A stretch of 55,307 nucleotides of DNA from a virus (IMGVR_UViG_3300033143_003628:1-55307), one strand, 5' to 3'; positions 1 through 8,958 are shown, counted from the stretch's first letter. Notes: generated by a model from the letters alone, not told the origin. Numbers and translations: made by a program.

Positions 1-34
1 CGAGCCCGGTAAAAGGTTTTGGGTCGAAGGTGAT

Positions 35-505
35 TTGTCACAAATGGTTCGGTTACTAATGACCAATACTAAATGGAATTCGTTGGTTTGTGAATGGCTT
101 GTGAAGTATTTGCAGAATCCAAATCTTTTCGATAGTAGGGGAACGGGATTGATAAGACGTATAGGTGGCGAGTTGCTTGTGAACGACCAGGCACTTTCGG
201 ACGGATGGGAATTATATTTGAAGACCAAACAGGAGTGCGAGACCGCGAAGATCGGTGCAGGTTTGCGAGCGATTTCCGGAAAAGATCGGAAGCAGTTGAG
301 ATTTAAGGGTCGCCGGATAAGATATAGGGTCATCGATGTGAACCATTTAATTGTGTGGGCAAATCAATATAACTTTTGTGACAAAGAAACTCTTTTGGCG
401 AGCGTGCGAAATGAAATACCGAAGGATAAAGATGTAATAGATTTCGAAGGTAAACGAGCGGATATTTTTAAAAAGGAAAAGGGAAAGAAAAAAGAAGGGA
501 ATTAA
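35..505 (+). CDS. 3' part of a gene that probably starts before the window; possibly the C-terminus of a primase/helicase
   Basis: The frame is open back to the window edge and the TTG start has no clear RBS. The product guess rests only on context: no primase is seen elsewhere in the window. Confidence 0.35.
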   Translation: MSQMVRLLMTNTKWNSLVCEWLVKYLQNPNLFDSRGTGLIRRIGGELLVNDQALSDGWELYLKTKQECETAKIGAGLRAISGKDRKQLRFKGRRIRYRVIDVNHLIVWANQYNFCDKETLLASVRNEIPKDKDVIDFEGKRADIFKKEKGKKKEGN

Positions 506-506
506 A

Positions 507-656
507 ATGTCAGAAGTTTTAACATGTAAATGTGGTTGTCAAAGTTGGATAATTTCAAGCACTGTTGCTATGTGTTCAGAATGTAACCGTAGAGTTTTTT
601 TGCTAAACATTAGCCTTTTAAATGAAAAAATTGAAAAGGAAAGTGAACAAAAGTAA
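507..656 (+). CDS. small Zn-ribbon-like protein (49 aa, not in ORF track)
   Basis: Manual translation gives MSEVLTCKCGC...CSEC...EQK*. GAAGGGA RBS lies upstream. Confidence 0.6.
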   Translation: MSEVLTCKCGCQSWIISSTVAMCSECNRRVFLLNISLLNEKIEKESEQK

Positions 657-675
657 ATGAAAGGAATTTTCAGCC

Positions 676-891
676 ATGTCAACATCGGAAAAAGAAAAAA
701 TCGAGTGGACCTGCATTGAACCATATGTTTGGTTACTGCTTGTAAACTGTTCGCCCAAAGCCCTTGTTATTAAAGAAGCGCCGGACGTTTATACCGGGTT
801 CATTTTTAACGGGTGGTGCTGGCTTATATTAGCGCGGAAGTTTGAAACCGAAAATTTTGCAAAAGAGCATTTAACAAAAATTTTCGAATAG
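676..891 (+). CDS. hypothetical protein
   Basis: ORF preceded by the GAAAGGAATT leader. Confidence 0.65.
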   Translation: MSTSEKEKIEWTCIEPYVWLLLVNCSPKALVIKEAPDVYTGFIFNGWCWLILARKFETENFAKEHLTKIFE

Positions 892-901
892 GGGAACTAA
901 A

Positions 902-1141
902 ATGATAAAGGAAACAGAACTTATCGATGCCGTAAAAAGTCCTTTGAAAAAGTTTGAAAAAATTCAGATGGATTTGGCGGCGGATATTTCGGCACTGGAA
1001 AACGAAGTGCCTGGTCTTTATCATGGCACTATCGCCGGTGAAATGCAGCTGTACGTTCTGAAAACTCTTTTTGAGTTGTCCGAAGGGATCGCGGAGTCCT
1101 TGGCGGAAATAAAGGAAGATATTGAAAGGGTACAAAAATGA
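902..1141 (+). CDS. hypothetical protein
   Basis: RBS GGGG; ATGA overlap with the next gene. Confidence 0.7.
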   Translation: MIKETELIDAVKSPLKKFEKIQMDLAADISALENEVPGLYHGTIAGEMQLYVLKTLFELSEGIAESLAEIKEDIERVQK

Positions 1142-1479
1142 CAACTTTAAAACAACAGGTAAGTCAGCTAAATATTAAATTGAAAGACCACGAAAGACTA
1201 GCCAAAGCGCTTACTTTAGAAATTGCACAGAAGAATAAAGCGATTTCCGAACTGCATGACGAATTGGTCGCCGCAGAAAAGCGGAACACATCTTTTAATT
1301 TTGCATTTCAAAAGCTGCAGAAACTCTATGAAGACCGGCAGGAATATAATAGTTATGAAGATGTTCGAGAACTAAAAGCCGAAATGGAAGGGCAGCGAAT
1401 TCAACATGGACAGGACACCGTAGATCTAAGAGACACAATTGTGAAACTTGCGACGAGATTGGAAGCACAAGATGGGTAA
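1138..1479 (+). CDS. coiled-coil hypothetical protein
   Basis: Heptad-rich sequence; translationally coupled start. Confidence 0.7.
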   Translation: MTTLKQQVSQLNIKLKDHERLAKALTLEIAQKNKAISELHDELVAAEKRNTSFNFAFQKLQKLYEDRQEYNSYEDVRELKAEMEGQRIQHGQDTVDLRDTIVKLATRLEAQDG

Positions 1480-2068
1480 GTGTGCTGACTGTGAATTTTT
1501 AAGGCGTATAGGCTTAAGGTATTGGCGCTGCATTAGATACAATAGTGTCGATGCTGCAGAATACCCATTTGAGTGGTTTGAAAATACTGGATGTGTCACG
1601 TATTTTGCCGCCAAATTAATGAAGATGGAAACCTACGAATTAATAGGGACCGAATGTTTTCAGCACCCAGGAAAAATTTTAAGGCATCATAAGGACGGCG
1701 CGGAATGTCCGCACTGTTTTTCGCTGTTCATTATTAATCAACTTGGAGATCTTATTGAACTTAAATATTCGCCTGAAATGATATACACCAAGCCGGTATT
1801 AGTTACAAAGAATTATTGTGTGAAAAAACCGAAGGGAAAGAAAATGCCAAAAACACAAGAGGTAGAACAAATAGCAGATGCAATTATCACGGTGAAATTT
1901 TTAGTGAAAAATGTTTTGCTTGAAGATTTAGATAATACATCGATAGCATTATCTAGTAAGGGTTTGAATGGATCTAGTCGAGCGGTTTCTATTTTACACC
2001 GGTCGGCAGAATACAAAGCAAAAGTCACCTCTGTTTATTTAGATGAAGATTTGCTGGACGCGAAATGA
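1448..2068 (+). CDS. Cys-rich hypothetical protein (true start probably ~1472; possible internal start at MPKTQ ~1843)
   Basis: CxxC motifs; purine-rich RBS-like sequence before the internal ATG. Confidence 0.55.
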   Translation: MRRDWKHKMGKCADCEFLRRIGLRYWRCIRYNSVDAAEYPFEWFENTGCVTYFAAKLMKMETYELIGTECFQHPGKILRHHKDGAECPHCFSLFIINQLGDLIELKYSPEMIYTKPVLVTKNYCVKKPKGKKMPKTQEVEQIADAIITVKFLVKNVLLEDLDNTSIALSSKGLNGSSRAVSILHRSAEYKAKVTSVYLDEDLLDAK

Positions 2069-2268
2069 AAATTAAAAGCATTAAAAAAGGTGAGTACGGC
2101 ACCATGTCGAGCACCAAGGGAACGGGCTGCACTAATAGGAAAGCCGAAGCGGACGGCATCGCCGTCACATTAAATACCAAAGAAATTATCTGTGGTAGTG
2201 TTTTTATTTCCGCAGAACAGCTTGCCGATATGGGTTACTTTTATGCCGAAGAAAAGAAGGGGATTTGA
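2065..2268 (+). CDS. hypothetical protein
   Basis: Overlapping stop/start at both ends. Confidence 0.6.
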   Translation: MKIKSIKKGEYGTMSSTKGTGCTNRKAEADGIAVTLNTKEIICGSVFISAEQLADMGYFYAEEKKGI

Positions 2269-2696
2269 AAGTGAAAAATCGAAATCTAAAAAATAATGAC
2301 AACTGGGAAACTCCTTTAACATTGCTTAATGAATTAAATAATGAATTTGTTTTTGATTTCGATCCGTGCCCATTTAATCCTGATTTCGATGGGCTCACTT
2401 GTGACTGGGGCAAAAGAAATTTTATCAATCCGCCTTATACTCGAAAGTTGAAAGAGGCTTTCGTCAGGCGTGCGGCATGGTTTGCAAAAGGTGAAGGACG
2501 ACTTTGTGTTCTGCTTCTGCCGGTTAGCACTAGCACGGTTTTATTTCACGACGTTATCCTGCCGAACATTACCGAGCCCATTAGATTTTTGCGCGGGCGA
2601 GTAAAATTTGAGGGGATAAATACTTTTGGCAAACGGGTTACAAACAAATGTGACATGCATGATAGTATGATCGTCATCTTCGATGGAAGGATCTGA
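2265..2696 (+). CDS. dam: phage DNA N6-adenine methyltransferase (phage Dam family)
   Basis: DNWETP, FDFDPCP, NPPY catalytic motif and IRFLRGRVKF, all typical of phage Dam-family enzymes. Confidence 0.88.
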   Translation: MKVKNRNLKNNDNWETPLTLLNELNNEFVFDFDPCPFNPDFDGLTCDWGKRNFINPPYTRKLKEAFVRRAAWFAKGEGRLCVLLLPVSTSTVLFHDVILPNITEPIRFLRGRVKFEGINTFGKRVTNKCDMHDSMIVIFDGRI

Positions 2697-3021
2697 TATG
2701 ACAAAAACTTGTAAAAGGTGTCATAGTGTCATGGTTTCAAGCCTACTTACCGATGGATTCTATTGTCCCGAATGTGTCAAGCCGAAACATCCTACGGAAA
2801 TCGAAATGACTTTAAGAAATGTGAACGAGCACACAATGAATTTGATTAAGCAGCGACTGCAAACAGAAGGGGCAGAACCTTTTATGATAACGTGGGGTGG
2901 ATACAATGTTCTGCGCGAACTCGTATCCGCCTACGGTGATTTTTCCAGGATCGAAGCCGAGTATAGCAGCGGCGATTTGGGATACAATATTACCTTTCGG
3001 CTAATAGTAAGGGGTAACTAA
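2683..3021 (+). CDS. Zn-ribbon hypothetical protein
   Basis: CKRC...CPEC. Confidence 0.6.
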   Translation: MEGSDMTKTCKRCHSVMVSSLLTDGFYCPECVKPKHPTEIEMTLRNVNEHTMNLIKQRLQTEGAEPFMITWGGYNVLRELVSAYGDFSRIEAEYSSGDLGYNITFRLIVRGN

Positions 3022-3022
3022 A

Positions 3023-3235
3023 ATGACATTAAGTAAAGAACTAATAAAGGATGTCGACCGCGCCGGGTGTTCGGCATACCTTGAAACCGTTGATAGTACT
3101 GAACTTCCTGACGGCGCATGGTGGCAAGTATTGGAAGACGCAGTTACGCAGTACAACAAAGATTTCGAAGCAAATCTAGATCCAAATGACACGGTTCACT
3201 GGTATTTAAAAAATTTTAAGGGGGAACAAAAGTGA
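3023..3235 (+). CDS. hypothetical protein
   Basis: RBS AGGGG; coupled to the next gene. Confidence 0.65.
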   Translation: MTLSKELIKDVDRAGCSAYLETVDSTELPDGAWWQVLEDAVTQYNKDFEANLDPNDTVHWYLKNFKGEQK

Positions 3236-3705
3236 AAGAAATCAGAATAGAAATAATTGGCGATGACACAGATGAAATCAATAGCAATTTTAAATTGGCG
3301 ATGCAAGACCATCACGGCATATTATCGATAGACCTGGCCGAAAGAAATTTGGTTTATGATCATTACCTACTGTCCGAAATCAATTCCGCACCGGGTGAAT
3401 GCCGCGCAGTTTTTAAAGAGATGATAGAAATAATATCCGATACGGAAGTGATACCTGATTGTGATTCATGTCATCATAAGGACAAATGTGTCACGCATAG
3501 GCAAGTGCAGAAAGGTGTCATTACTTGGAGTGCACCTGCGACTTGTGACGAGTATATTAAGGAAGGTGACGAAACACCTTGTTACACTTGTGTTCACGAA
3601 GACACATGTGAAATTCCTAAAGTTATGAATTGTGGCTTTGTCACATGGGTTCCTGATTCTGTTTGTACAGAATATAGGCAAGACAAAAGGATGATTAGAA
3701 GATGA
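3232..3705 (+). CDS. hypothetical protein with duplicated Cys-rich module
   Basis: CxxCxH.DxC...V.TW....C.EY occurs twice. Confidence 0.7.
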   Translation: MKEIRIEIIGDDTDEINSNFKLAMQDHHGILSIDLAERNLVYDHYLLSEINSAPGECRAVFKEMIEIISDTEVIPDCDSCHHKDKCVTHRQVQKGVITWSAPATCDEYIKEGDETPCYTCVHEDTCEIPKVMNCGFVTWVPDSVCTEYRQDKRMIRR

Positions 3706-4181
3706 AAGAGCCAATTAAAATAAGATTAGAGGTTACTGGTGATGTGAAAGCGGGTCGAGCACTAAATCAAGCGGCCGCGCAGTTTCATGAAGGTAAAGGA
3801 ACATTGTCTATTATGTTCGAAGGTCTACCGATATATTATAGCGAAGTGTTTTTAAAAGATGTGTACACTACTGCAGATCCTTTTTGTAGCGGACATTTCG
3901 TGGAAGTGGTAGAGGCGGTAGAAGTACTTAAGTGTCCGCATTGTAATGAAACACATCCAAATGATGCCGTGCCGGAATCCTGTGCTCGAAAAATAATAGG
4001 GGTGTTAGGTGCGGAAGTAATCAATTCGGGTGCGGAAAGTCACATCGAAGAAATAGAACAAAAGTGTCATTGTGTTTTGTGTCAAATAGAAACAAAGAAT
4101 TGGTTACAGATGTTTGGCAAAAAGATATGTCACAGATGTGCAACCGAATTATATGATGTAATAAAACTTGAAAGGATGTAA
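3702..4181 (+). CDS. hypothetical Zn-finger protein, probable paralogue of the upstream gene
   Basis: Similar N-terminal domain; CxxC motifs. Confidence 0.7.
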   Translation: MKEPIKIRLEVTGDVKAGRALNQAAAQFHEGKGTLSIMFEGLPIYYSEVFLKDVYTTADPFCSGHFVEVVEAVEVLKCPHCNETHPNDAVPESCARKIIGVLGAEVINSGAESHIEEIEQKCHCVLCQIETKNWLQMFGKKICHRCATELYDVIKLERM

Positions 4182-4184
4182 AAA

Positions 4185-4454
4185 ATGACAATTGTACCAA
4201 GTAACCCAGGTAATTGTGACAGACCCATCGGCCCGGACTTTGATAATCGAGGTGGTGGCGCGAAGGAAATTGATTTCGAAAATTTGACTCGACTTCATAA
4301 GGCGCGGCTTCGACGAGATAGGATTCTGAGTGTCAAAGCCAAACTCGCCGGTACATTTGAGCCCGAGCCGGACGACTATGCTGACATGATGGCGGCGGAA
4401 GAGATGGAAGAGATGGAAGAGATAGAAGAGATGGAAGAAGCGGCGGCGGAATGA
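4185..4454 (+). CDS. hypothetical protein with acidic tail
   Basis: RBS GAAAGG; a 9-bp tandem repeat GAAGAGATG encodes EEM repeats. Confidence 0.65.
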   Translation: MTIVPSNPGNCDRPIGPDFDNRGGGAKEIDFENLTRLHKARLRRDRILSVKAKLAGTFEPEPDDYADMMAAEEMEEMEEIEEMEEAAAE

Positions 4455-4654
4455 AAATAGAATTTGATAAATTGAAATGGATATGCAATCGCAGAACAGG
4501 TCGATTATGTTGTGATTTACCTTTGGATGGCAAAATTGGAAAAGAGCGAAATGCCTACTACGATTTTTGCGTAATAAATAATTGTCCCTTAGCAATTCGC
4601 AATGACACAAAAGATACCGAAATAGAATACGATAAAGAAGGGTTTGGTGGATAA
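4451..4654 (+). CDS. hypothetical Cys-rich protein
   Basis: ATGA coupling to the upstream gene. Confidence 0.6.
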   Translation: MKIEFDKLKWICNRRTGRLCCDLPLDGKIGKERNAYYDFCVINNCPLAIRNDTKDTEIEYDKEGFGG

Positions 4655-4656
4655 AA

Positions 4657-4902
4657 ATGAGACTTGCCAGGTTTGAATGGAAAGAGGGTTTGCAATTTAT
4701 GGAAATCGCGCTGCCACCGGATCGCTGTGTTCTGCTTTGCAAACATCCTGTCACGGAAAATGACAAGACCGAAGTCTGTTTATCTGTAAACGGACCGGCG
4801 CAAAATCCGCCAATACTTTTGCAGTGTAGTTTCGCCGACGCCGTGGCCGAAGTTAACTCGGCTTTAAATGGCGGCAAGCGAAAAGTGAAAGGGGCGAACT
4901 AG
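4657..4902 (+). CDS. hypothetical protein
   Basis: RBS GGTGG; tight gene packing. Confidence 0.6.
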   Translation: MRLARFEWKEGLQFMEIALPPDRCVLLCKHPVTENDKTEVCLSVNGPAQNPPILLQCSFADAVAEVNSALNGGKRKVKGAN

Positions 4903-5170
4903 TGTCAACTTTAAAAAATGTTCCGATAGAAGATTTGAAAGATCAATTGGAAGCGATAGGCGACGAAATCGCACGAAGACAAAGACCCAGACTTGTTTAT
5001 AATCATCTAAGTGATTTTAACGAGTTAATAGCTGTGTGCAAAGAATACATTAGTGCCATAGATGAAAAGAGCTGCGACAAAGACACATTGAGAATCTTAT
5101 TTTCGAAACCGCGATGAAATCTGTTTATGGTTTTAAAGTTTTTGATTGGATAAACGAAAGATTGGATTGA
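4902..5170 (+). pseudogene. small phage gene apparently frameshifted near 5085
   Basis: The tracked ORF stops at 5117. The -1 frame continues IENLIFETAMKSVYGFKVFDWINERLD* and ends at 5170, just before the next ATG at 5172. Confidence 0.6.
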
Positions 5171-5171
5171 A

Positions 5172-5939
5172 ATGAAAGTTTCCGCATCGCAAGTTTCAAA
5201 ATTACGAAGGTGCAAACGTGCCTTTGCATTTGAATATGTAGAAAACAAACGTCCACCGTCGAGCAAGGTCCAAGAGTTTGGCACAGCAGTTCACAAGCAA
5301 TTAGAAATGTGGCTGAGTGAAAGCAAGGTGCCGGATGGATCTGCCGCCGGTCTTGTGGCGAAATCTGGATTACAATGGCTACCTGTTCCGCATGAAAAAT
5401 TAGAAACCGAGCTTGAATTCGTTATGGACTGGGGACCAAATGTGCAAACGGGCGGGTTCATTGATGTAATCCAGCCGCCAGGTTTATTTGACACAGCTGA
5501 ACCTATGATCATCGACCATAAAACTACTAGCGATCTGAGGTGGGCGAAGTCGGAAGCCGATTTAGTTATCGACGAACAGGCGATCATTTATAGCGTTTGG
5601 GCGATGACACATTTTGACTCTGCAGAGGTAAGAGCGCGGTGGGTTTATTATGCCGCGACTAATCCCAAAAGCGGACGCCGCCGACCGAAGGGAACGCGAA
5701 TGGTCGAGGTATTGTTTAGTGCACGCGATCCTAAGTTCCTGGCGGAAGTTGAAAGACTTGATTTAGATGTGAAAGAATGTGTCAGGATTCGGACTTTAAA
5801 TCTAAGGGGTATGAGCTTCGAACCGAGCCCTGAGTCTTGTCGCTTATTCGGTGGTTGCTTTCATGTGAACAGATGTAACCTTTCGCCGCTGGATTCTTTG
5901 GGTGCGTACATTGAAAGGGATATAAGGAAAAACAAATGA
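5172..5939 (+). CDS. PD-(D/E)XK exonuclease, Cas4/RecB-like
   Basis: SASQ...C, GTAVH, GFID...IIDHKT, QAIIY and a C-terminal C....GC....C cluster. Confidence 0.85.
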   Translation: MKVSASQVSKLRRCKRAFAFEYVENKRPPSSKVQEFGTAVHKQLEMWLSESKVPDGSAAGLVAKSGLQWLPVPHEKLETELEFVMDWGPNVQTGGFIDVIQPPGLFDTAEPMIIDHKTTSDLRWAKSEADLVIDEQAIIYSVWAMTHFDSAEVRARWVYYAATNPKSGRRRPKGTRMVEVLFSARDPKFLAEVERLDLDVKECVRIRTLNLRGMSFEPSPESCRLFGGCFHVNRCNLSPLDSLGAYIERDIRKNK

Positions 5940-6238
5940 GTGATCTAGCAAACACAATTAATGAAATGGAAAAAAACACTGACGAATTGTCTGAACATTT
6001 TAATGCTTTGAGTAATATAAATGATCAATTACGAATTGATTTGGAAAAAGTACAGAAGTGTAATTTAAAACATATTGAACAGGCCCAGGGATTAACGGCG
6101 GAACTCATAAAGGAAAAAGAAAAATCGATTCAATTGATAACTGAAAATAATATTTTGAAACAAAAAATTCAAATTGTTATCGAACATTTAAAGGCCAAAC
6201 ATTTTTATGTGGCCTTAGATATATTGGATCAAAAATGA
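5936..6238 (+). CDS. coiled-coil hypothetical protein
   Basis: Coupled ORF. Confidence 0.65.
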   Translation: MSDLANTINEMEKNTDELSEHFNALSNINDQLRIDLEKVQKCNLKHIEQAQGLTAELIKEKEKSIQLITENNILKQKIQIVIEHLKAKHFYVALDILDQK

Positions 6239-6435
6239 CAGACGAAAAAATTTTTCAATGGTATTGTGACAACTGTAAAGATAGAACAATAGGGATAGAT
6301 GTAGATAGGAATAAAAAAGTGCCTTACTGTATAGTATCTCGAACCCGTCCTAGCATAAAAATTTGTGAAGTGTGGGACGTTTCTAAAACTCATATCGCTA
6401 TTGCTTATGAAAAGTTTTTAAAGGATCAAAAATGA
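6235..6435 (+). CDS. hypothetical Cys-containing protein
   Basis: Coupled ORF. Confidence 0.6.
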   Translation: MTDEKIFQWYCDNCKDRTIGIDVDRNKKVPYCIVSRTRPSIKICEVWDVSKTHIAIAYEKFLKDQK

Positions 6436-6530
6436 CATTTGTAGAATTTTTAGAGCTTCATTGGATTGGTATATGTATTTTAATTGGATCTTTATTGGCT
6501 TTAAGATGGGTTTGTCATAGGGGAAATTGA
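6432..6530 (+). CDS. 32-aa membrane peptide (not in ORF track)
   Basis: MTFVEFLELHWIGICILIGSLLALRWVCHRGN*; starts in an ATGA overlap. Confidence 0.5.
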   Translation: MTFVEFLELHWIGICILIGSLLALRWVCHRGN

Positions 6531-6542
6531 ATTGAAAGAGGT

Positions 6543-6869
6543 GTGGAAGTGACAGACAATAAAAAGTTCAGTGTCCCTTTTAAAGAAGAAGATTTTCATG
6601 AAGAGAATGAAAAGTTTGAAGTACTAGAACGAATTAGTTATGAAGTTATGTTTGCACAATCGGATTTGAATTATGAAAAATTTTTTACTAGGAATTTAAA
6701 AACTGGCAGAGGCGATCCGTTTGAATTCGATGAAGTCTCTGAACAAGATAGACCTTTCATTAAAAAGGGTTCAAAGATGACACATGTTCATGGCCGCAGG
6801 ACTGGCGCTCGGCATGGCCGCACAAGTTTTTGGGTAGTAACTTGGTGGCCAGGGAAGGATCAAAAGTGA
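6543..6869 (+). CDS. hypothetical protein
   Basis: RBS GAGG before GTG. Confidence 0.65.
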   Translation: MEVTDNKKFSVPFKEEDFHEENEKFEVLERISYEVMFAQSDLNYEKFFTRNLKTGRGDPFEFDEVSEQDRPFIKKGSKMTHVHGRRTGARHGRTSFWVVTWWPGKDQK

Positions 6870-7108
6870 TAAGTGATAGGGGTTTAAATTTTCTAAAAGA
6901 AAACAAAAAACTTTTCAAGGTGTTCGTACAGCTCGGCGATGTCGAAAGAAAAATTGTTTTGAATTTTGCGAAAAGGGTTCTAATGGGTCAAATCGAGTAC
7001 GGAAAATTTAAAGAAAAAAAATTAGACAAGCGGGATTTTTTAAAAGAGTTGCACTTTGAAATGCTAGATTCTTTTGTATATATGGAACGCGAGTTGCTAA
7101 AAAAATAA
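6866..7108 (+). CDS. hypothetical protein (start moved to the GTGA overlap)
   Basis: Part of tracked ORF 6830..7108; GTG at 6866 overlaps the upstream stop. Confidence 0.6.
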   Translation: MISDRGLNFLKENKKLFKVFVQLGDVERKIVLNFAKRVLMGQIEYGKFKEKKLDKRDFLKELHFEMLDSFVYMERELLKK

Positions 7109-7112
7109 AGAC

Positions 7113-7140
7113 TTGACACAGTGTGTCACTATGCTAAATT
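7113..7140 (+). promoter_or_regulatory. sigma70-type promoter with overlapping palindrome TGACACA-G-TGTGTCA
   Basis: TTGACA, 16-nt spacer, extended TGn-TAAATT; intergenic. Confidence 0.7.
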
Positions 7141-7169
7141 GCTAAATAAGGGAAAGTGAAGGTAAAAAA

Positions 7170-8342
7170 ATGACAGACCTTTTTGAAAAGATGAAAGCTC
7201 TTAAAGCTAAGAAAGATCAAGCAGCGCGAGAGACCCCCCAGGACGAGCCAGAACAGGCAAGTTCTGCGGGCAGTACTGTGCAGTGTCCATGTGGCAGTTC
7301 GCTCGCTGGTGAGTGTGCTGAGTGCGACGCAGATAATATAGAAGACCCGGAGATAGTTGCGAGGCTCAAAAACGTAGGTGTGAACCCGCCCGCGCCTACG
7401 ACTGCCGAGCTGCCGGATCTGCCGGAAAAGAAAAAGGCGGTTAAGCAGAACGCCGCCGGTACTTGTCCCTTTTGTGACAAAGAATTCAAAAATTTGAATA
7501 GGCACAAATGTAAAAAGAAACCTGCCGAGCTGAACGAAGGTACAAATGTGCGGACGGAAATCGTTGACAAAGATATTGATAGGCAACTGGACGACGAAGT
7601 TATAGTGGACGAAAGTAAATTCTATATTGAAGGTGTTGAAATTGTTTGTCCTGATTGCGGGATAGCTCAACTCACGATGCCATCGGCAGATGTAGAAGAA
7701 GGAAAATATGCTTTCATGTGTCTTAACGCCGCACGTAGAAAAGAATTTGTTGTTGATAATTCTAAAACATCTGGACCCAGTGTGACACCTGCCGAGCCTA
7801 AAGAAACTTTTGATCCCTGTCCTAATTGCGGCAGTGCTGCCACAACTATTGTTAACAAGGGCATGGACTCAGAACATTATCTTTGTGTCGATTGTAATCA
7901 GAAATGGAATCACGATAACAATGTGGCAAAGGTTAGTGTCACAAACGTAACAAATGTCACTGTGGCAGAGGTCAAAGAAGTGACAGAACAAGAACCAAAT
8001 GTTACCGAACACAAATTAGAAGTGACCTTCGACAGAACACCTGGCTTCGATTTGTACATCGATATTCTAATCGAACGAGCGCAGGACATGCCACAAAAGA
8101 TCTATTCGTTTGATGACTTCATTAAAAAGTTTTGTGACGAAGTAAATGAAGGAACGAAAGAAGTCCACTGGAAAGTGGTCGAGTACGCTAAGGGCGCAGG
8201 GTATTTGATTGCGGTATTGGAAGACTGGTTTAAGCAGAACGAACTGGATGGGATTTTAATTGCGAGTTCAAGTTCGTTAGAATTTTCTGTAGTCCAATCC
8301 GTACTAAAAAGAAATGCACGAAACGTGCTTCAGGGGGTATGA
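7170..8342 (+). CDS. multi Zn-finger protein with low-complexity linkers
   Basis: Several CxxC pairs; Val-Thr repeat segment. Confidence 0.75.
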   Translation: MTDLFEKMKALKAKKDQAARETPQDEPEQASSAGSTVQCPCGSSLAGECAECDADNIEDPEIVARLKNVGVNPPAPTTAELPDLPEKKKAVKQNAAGTCPFCDKEFKNLNRHKCKKKPAELNEGTNVRTEIVDKDIDRQLDDEVIVDESKFYIEGVEIVCPDCGIAQLTMPSADVEEGKYAFMCLNAARRKEFVVDNSKTSGPSVTPAEPKETFDPCPNCGSAATTIVNKGMDSEHYLCVDCNQKWNHDNNVAKVSVTNVTNVTVAEVKEVTEQEPNVTEHKLEVTFDRTPGFDLYIDILIERAQDMPQKIYSFDDFIKKFCDEVNEGTKEVHWKVVEYAKGAGYLIAVLEDWFKQNELDGILIASSSSLEFSVVQSVLKRNARNVLQGV

Positions 8343-8557
8343 TAATGTCTTCAATAGATCATTTATTTGAAGAGCAGGAAAAGAAACTCGCTATGGCATT
8401 AGATGTTATTGAATACACACGTATGATTGTATCTGATGCAGGATTTCAGCACATCAAAGAGATAGTGAAAGAGCTTAAAATTCGCACGGTAGAACGAGAC
8501 GCCCTACAAGCCAGGTTGAACGAACTTCACGAACTAATTCGTTGGGAACAAAAATGA
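8339..8557 (+). CDS. coiled-coil hypothetical protein
   Basis: Shares a module with the next ORF. Confidence 0.6.
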   Translation: MIMSSIDHLFEEQEKKLAMALDVIEYTRMIVSDAGFQHIKEIVKELKIRTVERDALQARLNELHELIRWEQK

Positions 8558-8958
8558 AACCAAGAATATATAATGAAAATTTTTGTGACATCGCATGCTC
8601 TTATTTAAGAGTTGAAACTACTTATCAAGGAGTTTGCGATAGTGTTTGTATTTTATATGATCATGCTATTTTAGAAAAAGATTATGCAGAAAGTAAAATG
8701 CTGAGATGTAAAACTTGTAAATTAGAAGAGATTATTAGTTATACACAAGATGAAATAGAGGCGGCAGGATTTAATTACTTAAAAGAGATAGTGAAAGAAT
8801 TAGAAATCCGCACGGCAGAACGGGACGAACTTCAAGTCCGGTCGAAGGAGATTGAAAAACTAACAAATCTGTTATCCAAAGATAGTGATTATTTTGATAT
8901 TAGTGAGACAATAAAAACAATTCGAGAAATAATTTGCGCCAATGAAAATGACAACTGA
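8554..8958 (+). CDS. hypothetical protein (Cys-rich N-terminus plus shared coiled-coil module)
   Basis: ATGA overlap start within tracked ORF 8542..8958. Confidence 0.6.
   Translation: MKPRIYNENFCDIACSYLRVETTYQGVCDSVCILYDHAILEKDYAESKMLRCKTCKLEEIISYTQDEIEAAGFNYLKEIVKELEIRTAERDELQVRSKEIEKLTNLLSKDSDYFDISETIKTIREIICANENDN

Noticed and set aside
4398-4440. 9-bp microsatellite (and the 12-bp EVAP repeat near 44390-44430) as phase-variation switches
   Set aside because: Unit lengths are multiples of three, so slippage only alters low-complexity linkers.
4149-4877. Long opposite-strand ORFs (also 7134..7670, 44821..45294, 47440..47994, 40049..40543 and similar)
   Set aside because: They are shadows of well-supported genes on the other strand, with no RBS or motifs.
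5172-5939. Cas4 as part of a CRISPR-Cas system
   Set aside because: No other cas genes or array are present, and stand-alone Cas4-like nucleases are common in phage replication modules.
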